Positions 8,612-18,600 of a DNA stretch of 30,404 bases are shown here, piece after piece. Positions within the stretch are counted from its first letter, which is position 1; each line of letters opens with the position of its first letter. The notes below the pieces were generated by a model. That model searched no databases and was not told the origin of the DNA. It saw only the letters and a program-made list of their open reading frames with translations. This DNA comes from a virus (lineage: Duplodnaviria; Caudoviricetes), in IMG/VR virus record IMGVR_UViG_3300027656_000033, positions 1 to 30,404 of that record. The stretch is one strand, 5' to 3'. The position numbers were made by a program, and so were the translations under genes.

Positions 8612-8620
8612 ATTATACCA
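8612..8620 (-). promoter_or_regulatory. Extended -10 promoter, leaderless
   Basis: TGGTATAAT-tacatt-ATG(8605). The TAA inside the -10 box is the stop codon of the upstream gene; no SD. Confidence 0.6.
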
Positions 8621-9089
8621 GACTCAAAGGAGTTGTAGACTCAAACAGAGTTGCTGAAGGATATCTTGTTTTTGGAAAAGTTGATGCCTGGATTGCAAGC
8701 ATTACGCTTGTTTTGCCAGCATCTGTTATTGCTCTAAACTCATTGCCAGTAATAGAATCTACAAATTTCCAATTAGTCTCTCCATTATATTTTAAGTATA
8801 TGTCAAATGTTTCAATGCCATTAATATCTTTTGACCAAACCGTAGATATTGTTTTTTGTTGAAGAGGGTCTACTGGTATTGACGCTGTAAAAGAAACATT
8901 AAGGCCAATCACTATATTGGTAATAGGATCTTTTTTTAAATTTACTGGAATATTATATATTGGAGACCAGTGAGAAACTCTGTTATTGTCGTCAGTAATT
9001 ATTCTATATCTTACTTTGTAGGCTCCTGATGCACCTGCAAAATTTGTTAATTGGGCTTTTGGAATTATAACTTTTTTAACTTGTGTCAT
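8613..9089 (-). CDS. Minor tail or baseplate protein, FN3/Ig-like beta sandwich
   Basis: YKVRYRI...SHWSP and TVWS....ETFDIYLKY....WKF are FN3-like strands; located in the tail block. Confidence 0.55.
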   Translation of the reverse strand: MTQVKKVIIPKAQLTNFAGASGAYKVRYRIITDDNNRVSHWSPIYNIPVNLKKDPITNIVIGLNVSFTASIPVDPLQQKTISTVWSKDINGIETFDIYLKYNGETNWKFVDSITGNEFRAITDAGKTSVMLAIQASTFPKTRYPSATLFESTTPLSLV

Positions 9090-10201
9090 TATTGTATACC
9101 AAGCCCAAACCTAAACTCTATATAGTTTGTTGTGTTTGGTGATTTAATAATTGGAAGGGATCCTGTATTTTTAATTACTGAGTATCCAGTCATTCCATAG
9201 ATAGGATTTGCTATACTTGTATTTTCAATTCTTATACCGTCAAGGCATACATAATGATTTGCACTTGTAGTGTTGTTTTTAAGTACATCAACATAAACTC
9301 TGACTGTGTCTGCCATAGACCAAGACCATCCAGTACTTCTTATTGCTGTGTTAATAGCACCAGTGTAGACCCTGTATCTGCTTCCAGAAAAAGAAGTGTT
9401 ATCTAAAATCTGAATTTGTGCAGACTTTCCTGAGTTTACTCCAGTTGTACATAGAAATTCTATAATTATTTTTACTGATGTTGGGTTGTCTGCAAGTTCC
9501 TCTCCATTTTTGTTTATAACAGAGTACGCAACCTTAATCAAATCAGACTGAGAATAGTTATCTAGATTAAGAGATGTGTTAGACAACTTAATGTAGTTTG
9601 ATGTATTAGATGGCACCCATTTTGGTGCAGCAGAGGATATTTCAGAAGAGTCTCCACGTAAAGCAATGAAAGAGTTTAGGTAGCGACATCTTTCATTTCT
9701 TGTGACACGTGGCTCCGTAGAGAATATTTTGTTGTCAGCATTTGTTCTAAAAACTTTAGAAGTTGTTGCAATAACATTGTCACCATCATCTCCATCTAAA
9801 GGAGTTGCAATTGGCTCAATTGCAGATGATTCTCCAGAGTATTCCCAGTTTTCAGAAAATGTATAAAGAATTTTACTATCGTATGCTCCTGCTGTTGTAT
9901 TTGCCCCTGCTGAGAATACGCCAACTTCTGTAATTTCATATCTTTCTTCTGTTGGAAGTTCTGCTGTAAATACAATTTTTGAGATTCCGTTTTCAGAAAC
10001 GTATCCTCTAGATGTTATTGGAACACGAAGCATCTCAAAATCTAATCTTTCTTTTGCTGCATAGGCGGATGCATAGTCAGAAAGATTTGCATTAGAGCCA
10101 AGTGGTGTTGGGCCACAGCCAATCGCAATGTGTGATGCGTAGGCAGAAGCCTGACCAATCAAATACTTGGCTATAATGTTTTTACCGTTTGTAGTTATCA
10201 T
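9089..10201 (-). CDS. Minor tail / baseplate fibre-attachment protein
   Basis: N-terminal MITTNGKNIIAKYL....SHIAIGCG ... ITEVGVFS resembles tail-collar/fibre N-terminal domains. The C-terminal part looks like a jelly roll (VRVYV...VCLDGIRIEN). Confidence 0.55.
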   Translation of the reverse strand: MITTNGKNIIAKYLIGQASAYASHIAIGCGPTPLGSNANLSDYASAYAAKERLDFEMLRVPITSRGYVSENGISKIVFTAELPTEERYEITEVGVFSAGANTTAGAYDSKILYTFSENWEYSGESSAIEPIATPLDGDDGDNVIATTSKVFRTNADNKIFSTEPRVTRNERCRYLNSFIALRGDSSEISSAAPKWVPSNTSNYIKLSNTSLNLDNYSQSDLIKVAYSVINKNGEELADNPTSVKIIIEFLCTTGVNSGKSAQIQILDNTSFSGSRYRVYTGAINTAIRSTGWSWSMADTVRVYVDVLKNNTTSANHYVCLDGIRIENTSIANPIYGMTGYSVIKNTGSLPIIKSPNTTNYIEFRFGLGIQ

Positions 10202-10695
10202 ATTTCATTCACCTCATATATTGTACCATTATACTGATTTCCTTTTGACTGAAGACTTACTTGAACAAGTTCGTTTGGTTCCATGTTTATTACATTTATA
10301 ACTAAATCTCCAGTGTCTGGGTCAAGATATACAATTTCTTTGTTTGGTCCTGTGCCTTCTTTTGGCACATGAGCATCTAGTTTAATTGGAAAGTTATCAA
10401 AGAATTCTTTTGAAGTGTCTTGTAATCCTAAGACTCTTTGTGGACTATATTGATAACTAAGCATTGTTAGATTTTTGATTGGTCTGTAAAGAACGTCTTG
10501 GCCATTTATAATATCAGATCTTGTAATTGTAATTATTTCTTGACCACCAATATCTTCAAAAATTAGGTCTGTCATTATTTCAATTGGAACAAGTTCTGAA
10601 CCCTGAATAATTAAATTAGGAGTCGCAACTTTTATGTCTGCCTTTACAGCAACTTTTGAAGAAGATGCTGGGGCTGATGCTACTGGATCCACCAT
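10198..10695 (-). CDS. Hypothetical virion (tail tip) protein
   Basis: 165 aa, coupled on both sides (TAATG, ATGA) within the tail block. Confidence 0.65.
   Translation of the reverse strand: MVDPVASAPASSSKVAVKADIKVATPNLIIQGSELVPIEIMTDLIFEDIGGQEIITITRSDIINGQDVLYRPIKNLTMLSYQYSPQRVLGLQDTSKEFFDNFPIKLDAHVPKEGTGPNKEIVYLDPDTGDLVINVINMEPNELVQVSLQSKGNQYNGTIYEVNEI
10220..10228 (-). promoter_or_regulatory. Extended -10 promoter candidate
   Basis: TGGTACAAT followed by atatGAGGTGaatgaaat-ATG(10201). Confidence 0.45.
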
Positions 10696-13600
10696 TACAC
10701 TACCTCGCTTAAATAAATTTCCATACTTGGGCCGTCTACAGACTTTGAATATGAAATGCTATAAACAACAAACTTCTTTCCATTAGTTCCAGAGTAATCT
10801 AAGTCTCCCTCATAATAGTCGACCTCCGCAATATCTCCTAGTTGAATTGTAGGATTAGCAAAAATTTTTAGCCCTATTGACTTTCGTGGTTTAATGATCT
10901 TTGTTGTTAGCCAAGACATTAATGAGTTTGCTTCATCTTTTGATTGAATGTATGGGGTGTCAAGACTAAAATCTTTTTTACCGTGAGTCATTCTGCTAAT
11001 CTTTATGTCTTCATATTGTCTTGAAACTTTATTTGGATAAGATACTAAGGTGTCACCAGAATATTTTGGATTAGAGAAATCACTATTTTTTGAATAATAG
11101 TCGTCAACGCTTAGAGACTCATCTGTTTCTTGTGTAAAAGTAACGCCTTGAATTCTTAGATAGTTGCCAGACGCAGAATCAAGAGTGATTGCTTTGTCTG
11201 TTGCATTAAAGATTATAAACTCTGCCCCATAGGCTCCTGCTCTAAAACCAGAAACTGAGTAACCCTTTATTGCATTAAAAGTTGGAGATAGTTGTGCATA
11301 TATTGCTGGATAGGCTTTTTCATATTTAATTTTAAAGACTGATGCTTCTCTCATTATTGTACCAAATTCCTCAAAATACAAATTGCTCTGAGGTGGCTCA
11401 TAAGAACTTATACCAGTTAAATATGTTGATTGAATAATTCCGCTCATGGCATATTTTCTCATTGACTCACTGGCATTAATTTCACCATCTTCATCAAATA
11501 CCGTTGAGGTTGGGGTGTTTAAAATGTACTTACTATTTTGTCCATAATTAGCACCAATAGCATATATGTTTTCAAACATTATACGAGAAGACCCTCTTGT
11601 AAATAAAGCCATGTTGTTATATACTGGCAGAGGATCTTTGTCTATTACGCTTGCAACAAATTGATTATTTATATAAATATAAAATTTTCTTTCATTTCCA
11701 ATGTTTTCATACTCTATAGATATGTCATATACAGTAGGGGTCTTCTCGGCTGCCATCCTATATTGACCAGTGAACTTGCCATCGTCAACAACAATGTTTG
11801 CTAATCCAGCATATAGTTTTTCTGGTATTGCTGCGGTTGAACCTGCATCTTTTTTTATCTTATAAAAAATAACATTGTTGACATCTGGAGATTTTGTCTT
11901 GTCTATGGTAGTTTTTCCAAGTGCCACAAGTTCTAAGAAATATCCATTGTTTGTTTCTGGATTAACCATTATTCCAAGTCCACCTGATCCGCCAACAATA
12001 TTAACGTTTTTATCTGGAGTTGTTCCAGGTATCAAATAATAAGAGGTGGCACCGACAGCAGTTTGTCCACGGTCTGCATTATTCTCTATCTTGCCAACTA
12101 TTCTCATTCTAGTTCCAAAATGTGTAAACTTATTTGTCATTGGCTTATATACATAGGAAACAAAATCAAGAGGAGCCTCTGATGTTTTAAAGGATGGGCC
12201 AGACATAATTAATGCTGAAGACTGAATTGTTCCAGTGCTTGTTGATTGCATATTGGAAACATCTGCTTCTTTATAGTATTGACTTGAAAGAAAATTCTTT
12301 ATTACGCCATTTCTTGTTGTATTCTTTGCTAATTCATTAGTAACGCCTGCTGCACCGAGTGCTGTTGTTGGGGCTGTTAATGCTGTCTGAAATAGATACT
12401 TTGACTGCATTGTGCATCCTCTGACATTGTTGTTGTCTGACCAGTACGGAGCCAATCCTGCAAAGTGAGAAACGATTGCTGTATTGAATTGGCCTCTACC
12501 ATGCTTTGCAACAGCACCATTTTGCAAGTATTCTTTTCCATTTAACTCTGTGTAGTTTGGCTCTGAATAAATTCTAACTAGTCCTGTTGGAAATATTGAT
12601 CCGCCAAATTTTAGTTTAGAGAAATAGTTTTGATACTCTTGAACATTTGTTATCCAAACATTTCCGTACCCAGATACTGAAAACTCTACAGCATCAAACC
12701 TAATAACCTCACCATTTGAATAAAAATATCCATTGTATCTTGCAAGCCAATAAATACCTTCACCAAAGTTCATTGTGTTATTGACAACCTTGTTTCCAGA
12801 AACGTAAGGTACAGCATCTGTTAAGTTTGAGTTTAGTGGAATTGCACTTAAGACGTAATCAGACATTTCTGATAGTTCATTGTTAACTGATTTTGTTGTC
12901 TCTGTTCCAGAAACTTCCCACAATAATACTGGCTTATAGACCCAGGTCTTTTCATTGTCTACTAGGCTTGCCTGTTTTATACTTCCAAATGTTTTTTGTA
13001 TATACCTTGATGTAAAATTAATTTTGCCATCATTATATACTTGATTGTCTTCTGATGTTACCTCAATAATATTTGACAACACTGCAGAGGTAGATGCGTT
13101 TTTAATTGCTCCACTTTTAGCAATATCGTTTGTGCCAATAAATTTTATGTTTGTTTGTCTTTCGTTGTTAGAAGGCATAAAATAGTTTTTGCTCATCATA
13201 ACAAAATTATTGTATTCATCAAAGAACATTGCTGTCTGTGTTGATATGGCTATGTCTTGCAAAACTTCTGCAATAGTCTTATTTGAGTTAGAGAAGAAGA
13301 ATGGAATAGTTGCCTCACTCTCTCCAGAAATTCTTTTAAACACATAGTTTGAAAACCCAGCATAATCTAATAGCATACATACAGCAGTACTCACTGAGAC
13401 ATTTGGTAGAAGAAGTTCTGGGGCTGTAATTGATTCAAAATAAAAAAACATATCTCTTAATGATAAAGAAACAGTTCTTTCGGATATATTGTTTGTTGGA
13501 AATCCTTCAGAGTACATCGTCTTTAATGGTACAAAATAATCATATCCATCAACATCAACTGTAATATCATAAAATTTAATTTGAATGTTTCTTGTTATAT

Positions 13601-15008
13601 ATTTGCTAATAATGCTTAAGGGGTTGTTTGGATTAAAGGCAGAATCATAATCAAACATATTTAGACTACCAGTAGAAGCAAGTAGTTGTCCAACTGGCAA
13701 GCCACTTACGCCTAGATCTGATGCTGACTTTTCAATAGAAAAATCTAAAGTTTTGTCTGAAAGATTTACACAAAGTCTAGGAGACATTTCAATTAAATCA
13801 AATGATGCTTGCGGGGTATTCATAGAATCTACAACTATCCTTATTCCTTTTATGTAATCAAATTCACGGTATTTGTCTTTAAGGTTTGTTTGATCATAAA
13901 ACTTTACTGGATCTGTAAGGTCTGTAACAAAATTAGTAACACGGTCAATAGTCTCTTCCTCTAGTTGCCAGGCGTACTCTGGTTTAAAAGTTAAATACTG
14001 ACCAGAGTTAATTCCTGAATTTTGCCAAATATAAAAAAGTCCTATATCCGTTTTTGAAGACTGAATTAAATATGTATAGCCATGCACATTCTTTTCTGGT
14101 AAAAATGATATATTCGAGTATATCTCTGCAAAAATAAAAGAAGACCTATAGGCGTCTGGTACCTTAAGTCCATAAGACAGTTCAACATAGCCATCATGTT
14201 TTATTACTGCCGTACCGTCTTTTCTTGTTGTTGATTCACTAAATGAGTATAGATTTGTCCAGGTATCATTTTGAAGTCCCTGAATTTTCCATCTTTTTGG
14301 AGATTTGCTTTTTGAGTCTCCATAGAACGGATCTGAAAATGTTGAGTCATTTGAAGAAAATGTACCCAAGTCAACATTTCCTACGTGAGTCTGCATTTTT
14401 ACTACAACCCTGTTTGCTGGAATATTTTCTTTATAAACAATAAATGGACAAGCATCTTCAATTGGGTATGCTGCTTCTATTGTAGAAGATGAAATTCCAT
14501 ACTCTACTCCATCCTCTGTTCTGTATGAAGACCAGTATTTAAATAAGTCATCTTTGTGTCCCATATAATATCTTGGCCTTCTTGCCATATCTACATTGGA
14601 ATGATGAAAATATTTTCCACGTATAAAAGAAGATTTATTGATTCCAGATCTTGGTCTAAATTTTGAAAAGCAATCTTCTAAAGAATATAGCATTCCCATC
14701 TTTGCTTTTTTTGTAGAAAGAGTAAATGGCTCATTTGAATCATTAAACCCACCATCTATAACAACATCCGCATCTGTTGCATCAGTATAGTATTTTACTG
14801 CAGAAGAAGAAGTTCCAGAATCATATGGATCAAAAGATCCTGGTAAATTTTTGTATGGGGAAGACTCTTTTTTTGGTCTATATCTATAGTTACCAATTCT
14901 TAAAATATTTTCTGGAATGTTCATATTCCATTCTGCAATAATAGCAGATTGTGTTCTTATTACAGAAGACTCTTGAAGATGTTTTTGTAGTTCTGCATTC
15001 TCAAACAT
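10695..15008 (-). CDS. Large tail tip / baseplate hub (Tal-like) protein with inserted carbohydrate-binding-like domains
   Basis: Second gene after the TMP, 1437 aa. Hub-like segments include TIAEVLQDIAISTQTAMFFDEYNNFV and the C-terminal DTPYIQSKDEA...ANPTIQLGDIAEV...VVYSISY; beta-rich inserts. Confidence 0.7.
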   Translation of the reverse strand: MFENAELQKHLQESSVIRTQSAIIAEWNMNIPENILRIGNYRYRPKKESSPYKNLPGSFDPYDSGTSSSAVKYYTDATDADVVIDGGFNDSNEPFTLSTKKAKMGMLYSLEDCFSKFRPRSGINKSSFIRGKYFHHSNVDMARRPRYYMGHKDDLFKYWSSYRTEDGVEYGISSSTIEAAYPIEDACPFIVYKENIPANRVVVKMQTHVGNVDLGTFSSNDSTFSDPFYGDSKSKSPKRWKIQGLQNDTWTNLYSFSESTTRKDGTAVIKHDGYVELSYGLKVPDAYRSSFIFAEIYSNISFLPEKNVHGYTYLIQSSKTDIGLFYIWQNSGINSGQYLTFKPEYAWQLEEETIDRVTNFVTDLTDPVKFYDQTNLKDKYREFDYIKGIRIVVDSMNTPQASFDLIEMSPRLCVNLSDKTLDFSIEKSASDLGVSGLPVGQLLASTGSLNMFDYDSAFNPNNPLSIISKYITRNIQIKFYDITVDVDGYDYFVPLKTMYSEGFPTNNISERTVSLSLRDMFFYFESITAPELLLPNVSVSTAVCMLLDYAGFSNYVFKRISGESEATIPFFFSNSNKTIAEVLQDIAISTQTAMFFDEYNNFVMMSKNYFMPSNNERQTNIKFIGTNDIAKSGAIKNASTSAVLSNIIEVTSEDNQVYNDGKINFTSRYIQKTFGSIKQASLVDNEKTWVYKPVLLWEVSGTETTKSVNNELSEMSDYVLSAIPLNSNLTDAVPYVSGNKVVNNTMNFGEGIYWLARYNGYFYSNGEVIRFDAVEFSVSGYGNVWITNVQEYQNYFSKLKFGGSIFPTGLVRIYSEPNYTELNGKEYLQNGAVAKHGRGQFNTAIVSHFAGLAPYWSDNNNVRGCTMQSKYLFQTALTAPTTALGAAGVTNELAKNTTRNGVIKNFLSSQYYKEADVSNMQSTSTGTIQSSALIMSGPSFKTSEAPLDFVSYVYKPMTNKFTHFGTRMRIVGKIENNADRGQTAVGATSYYLIPGTTPDKNVNIVGGSGGLGIMVNPETNNGYFLELVALGKTTIDKTKSPDVNNVIFYKIKKDAGSTAAIPEKLYAGLANIVVDDGKFTGQYRMAAEKTPTVYDISIEYENIGNERKFYIYINNQFVASVIDKDPLPVYNNMALFTRGSSRIMFENIYAIGANYGQNSKYILNTPTSTVFDEDGEINASESMRKYAMSGIIQSTYLTGISSYEPPQSNLYFEEFGTIMREASVFKIKYEKAYPAIYAQLSPTFNAIKGYSVSGFRAGAYGAEFIIFNATDKAITLDSASGNYLRIQGVTFTQETDESLSVDDYYSKNSDFSNPKYSGDTLVSYPNKVSRQYEDIKISRMTHGKKDFSLDTPYIQSKDEANSLMSWLTTKIIKPRKSIGLKIFANPTIQLGDIAEVDYYEGDLDYSGTNGKKFVVYSISYSKSVDGPSMEIYLSEVV

Positions 15009-15670
15009 TATACTTCTTCCAATGTAAGAGACACATTCCAGTAGTCAAATTTTTGTCCACGCTTCTCTACAGTATAAGAAAAATCAGAAAAGAACATTTC
15101 AATTAGTTGGCTATATTGTGGCAAGTGTGCATATTTATTTATGCTTGGTTGTCCAATATTATCAAAATTAGAATAGTTATCGTAGGACAAGAATACCCAA
15201 AAAGATCCCTTGTGGTTGTCATACCAATCAAGCATTTCAACTCCACCAGCACCAGCATCTGTTGTAAATTGCAATGGCTGGTCATTTATAGTCAATAGGT
15301 CAGTTGTAGGCTTACCAGTTGTTACGTTAAATTTTGGAGAATCTAAGAATGATCTTGAAGGAATCATATTCCAAGATGCAGAGATGCTTAATTTATCTGC
15401 AATGTGGTAAGACCTTGTTCTGCCGTTAATCATTCTTTCTTTCTTTTCAATTCTTGTTGTTTTAAAATCTAGTGGTCCTCTATTATCATCTGTTAATATT
15501 AAAAAGTTATCATAAAGACTTGAGTCAGTTACATCTCCTCGTAATGAGTCAACTTCCAAACCATTTGGTACGTATATCCCATTGCTAAGTGTGCCAGAGT
15601 TCTCTGACCATAGCATTGCTTGTGGTCTGTTATATTGCCTTCTACCTAAGATGTATGCTGATGATGCCAT
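15008..15670 (-). CDS. Distal tail protein (Dit-like)
   Basis: Immediately downstream of the TMP; RMINGRTRSYHIADKLSISASW and the terminal WNVSLTLEEV are typical of distal-tail proteins. Confidence 0.65.
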   Translation of the reverse strand: MASSAYILGRRQYNRPQAMLWSENSGTLSNGIYVPNGLEVDSLRGDVTDSSLYDNFLILTDDNRGPLDFKTTRIEKKERMINGRTRSYHIADKLSISASWNMIPSRSFLDSPKFNVTTGKPTTDLLTINDQPLQFTTDAGAGGVEMLDWYDNHKGSFWVFLSYDNYSNFDNIGQPSINKYAHLPQYSQLIEMFFSDFSYTVEKRGQKFDYWNVSLTLEEV

Positions 15671-18600
15671 TATAATCTATTCCCCCGAATTTTCTGTGCG
15701 TCAATGCCCTTTATCTGAGCAATAACTGTCTTTGCAATTTCATCTGGGTTTGAATCAGACTTAACATTTACATTGATACTATAATTATACACTGAATCCC
15801 CAAAAGAATCTCCATTATTTATTGCCTTCATTCTGTCAACTCCATAAGAATCAACAGCATACTTACTCATAATAAACTCACCTGGTGTTAGCATTGCTGG
15901 TACTGTGTCTGTTCCTCTAGCAAGACCACCCATAGCAAATTTCATTGGATTGATAAGTCCACCCTTTGCTCTATACCAATGACTATCATTAAAATAGTAT
16001 CCTCCACCATTTGCAGCCTCTGTTGCAGCATCGGCTGCTGCTGCAGCCTTCGCTGCTGCATCTGCTGCTGCTTGCGCTGCTGCAGTACTTCCCTTATCTC
16101 CATCATCACCTAAAAGTGATTTCCCATTATTAAAACCAAGACCATCTACTGATAAGCCATCATCTTTTCCTGTTATTATTTTATCTAGTGCTGTAACTAC
16201 TGGACTTTTAGGGGCTGTAACAGTTGTTGTAGTAACCACTGTGTTAACATAAACAGTCTTATATTCTTTTGTAAATATTTCAATAGTTTTCGAAGATGGT
16301 AAAAGATTAATGTCTCTAAGAATATCTGCCATAGACTTTGCGCCCTTTGCAGTAGACTCTGCCACGGCTGCGATAGCGTCCTTCATTCTCTTTTCCATGG
16401 CCTCAGCAGTTGCTTCTGCTGCAAGTTGAATTGCTTCCCATTCATCTGCGGTATTACCAGCAAAAGTCTCTTGAGAATCCATTTCAGCATTAATAGCAAT
16501 AAGTGCTGCTTCTTGTAGTGCAAGAGATGCATCTTGTTCTGCTAAAGATAGCACAATTGCTTCTTGAGCAGCCTGTTCTAATTTAACTGCAGCAAGTTCT
16601 GCTTCTTTTGCTGCTTTAACTGCAGCCACTGCTGCTGCTCTGGCTGGCTCTAGAGCATCTTGTTCTGCTCTTGCTAAAGCAAGTGCTGCTTCAAGATCTG
16701 TTTTTACCTTTGCTATAGCATTTTCTAGTTCGAGTCTTTTTGGGTCATTTTCTAATGCATAAATTTTTTCTGAAATTAAATATTGCTCTTCAAGAATTTG
16801 ATTTCTTGTTAATCCATCTTTATTTGTTAAAGCATTAACATCATTTTCTCTTGACTGATTAAGTCCGTCCATCTGTGCATTTCCAAAATCACCAGCATTA
16901 GCAGAACGAATATCTTGAACGGCTGCTGCTGCAGCAGAAATATCTCCAGATGATAAAGCATCTGCCAAACCTAGTTGCTGTTGCTGCTCTCTTGATATTC
17001 TTTCGTTAATGGATAATACATTTTGTAATGCTTCTGCTTGAAGGTCGTACTTTTTATTTATGTCTTCTGCTGCTTTATCGATTAAAGATAAGTCATGGCT
17101 AAGGACATTTGACTGATCTTGATATTTTTTAATTGGATCGTCAAAGTCTTTCTTTAATGTTGCCTCTTTATCAGAAATAGCCTTATCAGCATCAGACTGA
17201 AGTTTATTAATTTTTTCTTGTGCTTTTTTTTCTCTATCATCATAATCAGCATTAACTGCATCAATACTATCATTAATAGATTGATTTATTTTGTCAAACC
17301 TTGATTGTATATTTGCCATGTTTGCATTTGCAACATTCATTTGACCAGCAAGCAAAGACCTCTTGCTTCCTACGCTTGTTAAGGTCTCTTTTCCAAGCAT
17401 ACCAGTTAAGCCTTCTGAGGTCATAGGCTTTCCGTCTTTACCAATCATTCTTGATGCTACAGTTGCTATAGCATTGGCTCCAGTGGCTACTCCGCCATAC
17501 TTAGTTCCGTCTGCCCTTATTCCGCTTTCATTTTTATACCCTGCAAGTTCTGACACATTCATACGTGCCCTTAGTCTTGATTTAATACCAAGACCTTCTT
17601 GAGCAGCCTGGGCACCAGCAGTAATAATTTCTGATACTGTTTTTGTGATATTTATTTTAATATCTGAATTCTTTTTGATTTCATTTAAAGAATCAACTAC
17701 ATCTTGTAGTGATGCATTTGCACCAGCAGTCTTATTTTTAACTGCATCCATTGCTGCAAGAAGGGTGCTAAGTTGTTCTGGATCTCCAAGAGCATCTGTC
17801 ATTGCTCCTTCTGATATTCCACGGGACAAACCAGATGATGCTAGGAAGGCCTGAAGTTCTTGTCTTCTTGCCATATCTGCATTTTCTTGTCTTGCTCTTG
17901 CTCCTTGAGAAACTATGTTGTTAATCTTGTCTCTTGTGTCTGCTTGAACAGTAAGAGCATTGTTAATCTTTAGTTCTTCATCAGTAATCTTTCCTGTAGC
18001 AATTGCAGTTGTATATGCCTCATCACTTAATACTCTTTGGATTTGAGTATTTGTCATTCCAAGTGCTGCTAACTTTTTCATAACAATTGACTGCTGATCA
18101 AAGTTTCTGATTGTCTGAATTTGTGCTACATTGAAGTCACCAATAATTGCTTCGTCAAATCCAGCCTGTACTTCTTTACCATCCTTATTTAGGACAAGAT
18201 CTCCAACCTTTTTATTTTTAAAGTTTTCATCTTTTTTCCCAGTAAATGGGTTATAGCCCTTTTTAGTAACAGTCCTTCCATACTTACGTTGCTCTTTTTT
18301 CTCAAGTCCAGTAAACCAATCTATGAACTGGCTATTAGCACCCTTAGTAGCATTCATTCCCATAAGTTGCTGTTGTATGCCCTTAAATTTATTACCAATC
18401 TGTCCACCAGACACAGCCTTAAACAAAGCCTTGATTCCACCTTCTGCATCAATTGCTGCTAAGCGAACATTCTTAAGTCTTGTCATCAAGTCATCAATTG
18501 GGGTTGCTGCTCGCTCAGTTTTTTCTACAACTGGAGTAGTTCCTGGAATTATTGGGCCTTTATTTGCTGCCTTAGAATTTCCAACATTCCAGGCTTGGGC

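Noticed and set aside
15666-15675. TATAAT at the 15670 and 28976 gene junctions as promoters
   Set aside because: They are by-products of TTA-TAA-TG stop/start overlaps and contain the start codon itself.
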